The notes under the pieces: generated by a model
What the model saw: the letters and a program-made list of their open reading frames with translations, nothing else
The model's database searches: none
What the model was told of the DNA's origin: nothing
Shown here: piece after piece, positions 63,705 through 64,000 of the stretch
Layout: every line of letters starts with the position of its first letter
Position numbering within the stretch: the stretch's first letter is position 1
Assembly: GCF_044704955.1 (NCBI RefSeq)
Contig: NC_091999.1
Coordinates: forward strand, 26,908,001-26,972,000
Length of the DNA: 64,000 nt
Reading direction: 5' to 3'
Source: Pristiophorus japonicus
Lineage: Eukaryota
Translations under genes and position numbers: made by a program

Positions 63705-64000
63705 CAACATAGAAACATAGAAAAATAGAAATTTGTTGCAGTAGCAGGCCATTCAGCCCTTCGAGCCTGCACCGCCATTCTTTAAGATCATGGCTGATCA
63801 TTCAACCTCAGTACCCATTTCCTGCTTTCTCTCCATAACTCTTGAACCCTTGAGCCGTAAGGGCCATATCTAACTCCCTCTTCAATATATCTAACTAACT
63901 GGCCTCAAGAACTTTCTGCGGTCGAGAATTCCACAGGTTAACCACTCTCTGAGTGAAGACGTTTCTCCTCATCTCGGTCCTAAATGGCTTACCCCTTATT
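63705..64000 (-). mobile_element. CR1 LINE 3' end (runs off the window)
   Basis: CATAGAAACATAGAAA tail and the CR1 3' UTR on the minus strand. Confidence 0.88.

Overview
Eukaryotic, repeat-rich DNA from a cartilaginous fish (shark-type Ig cluster, SacSINE1/Deu-type SINEs, CR1 LINEs). Left of an assembly gap (N, 10908-11094) is the 5' half of a minus-strand IgM heavy-chain minicluster (leader-V-D-D-J-CH1-CH2). It appears half-rearranged: V is already fused to D1 and followed by a 22-bp-spacer RSS, and the J carries a 12-bp-spacer RSS (probably D2 fused to J), leaving one 12/22 join open. The cluster is a pseudogene, with stops and a frameshift in V and stops in CH1. Right of the gap are a large inverted 27-bp satellite and many CR1 LINE fragments. 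There are also two decayed, mutually homologous env-bearing retroviral elements whose Env architecture (short SU, furin site, ~420-codon Cys-rich ectodomain) suggests lokiretrovirus-like elements, a two-exon GPR139/GPR142-like GPCR with one frameshift, and a duplicated unit with tRNA-Leu/Asp pseudogenes. All calls come from manual reading and recalled family motifs. No searches were run, and repeat boundaries are approximate.
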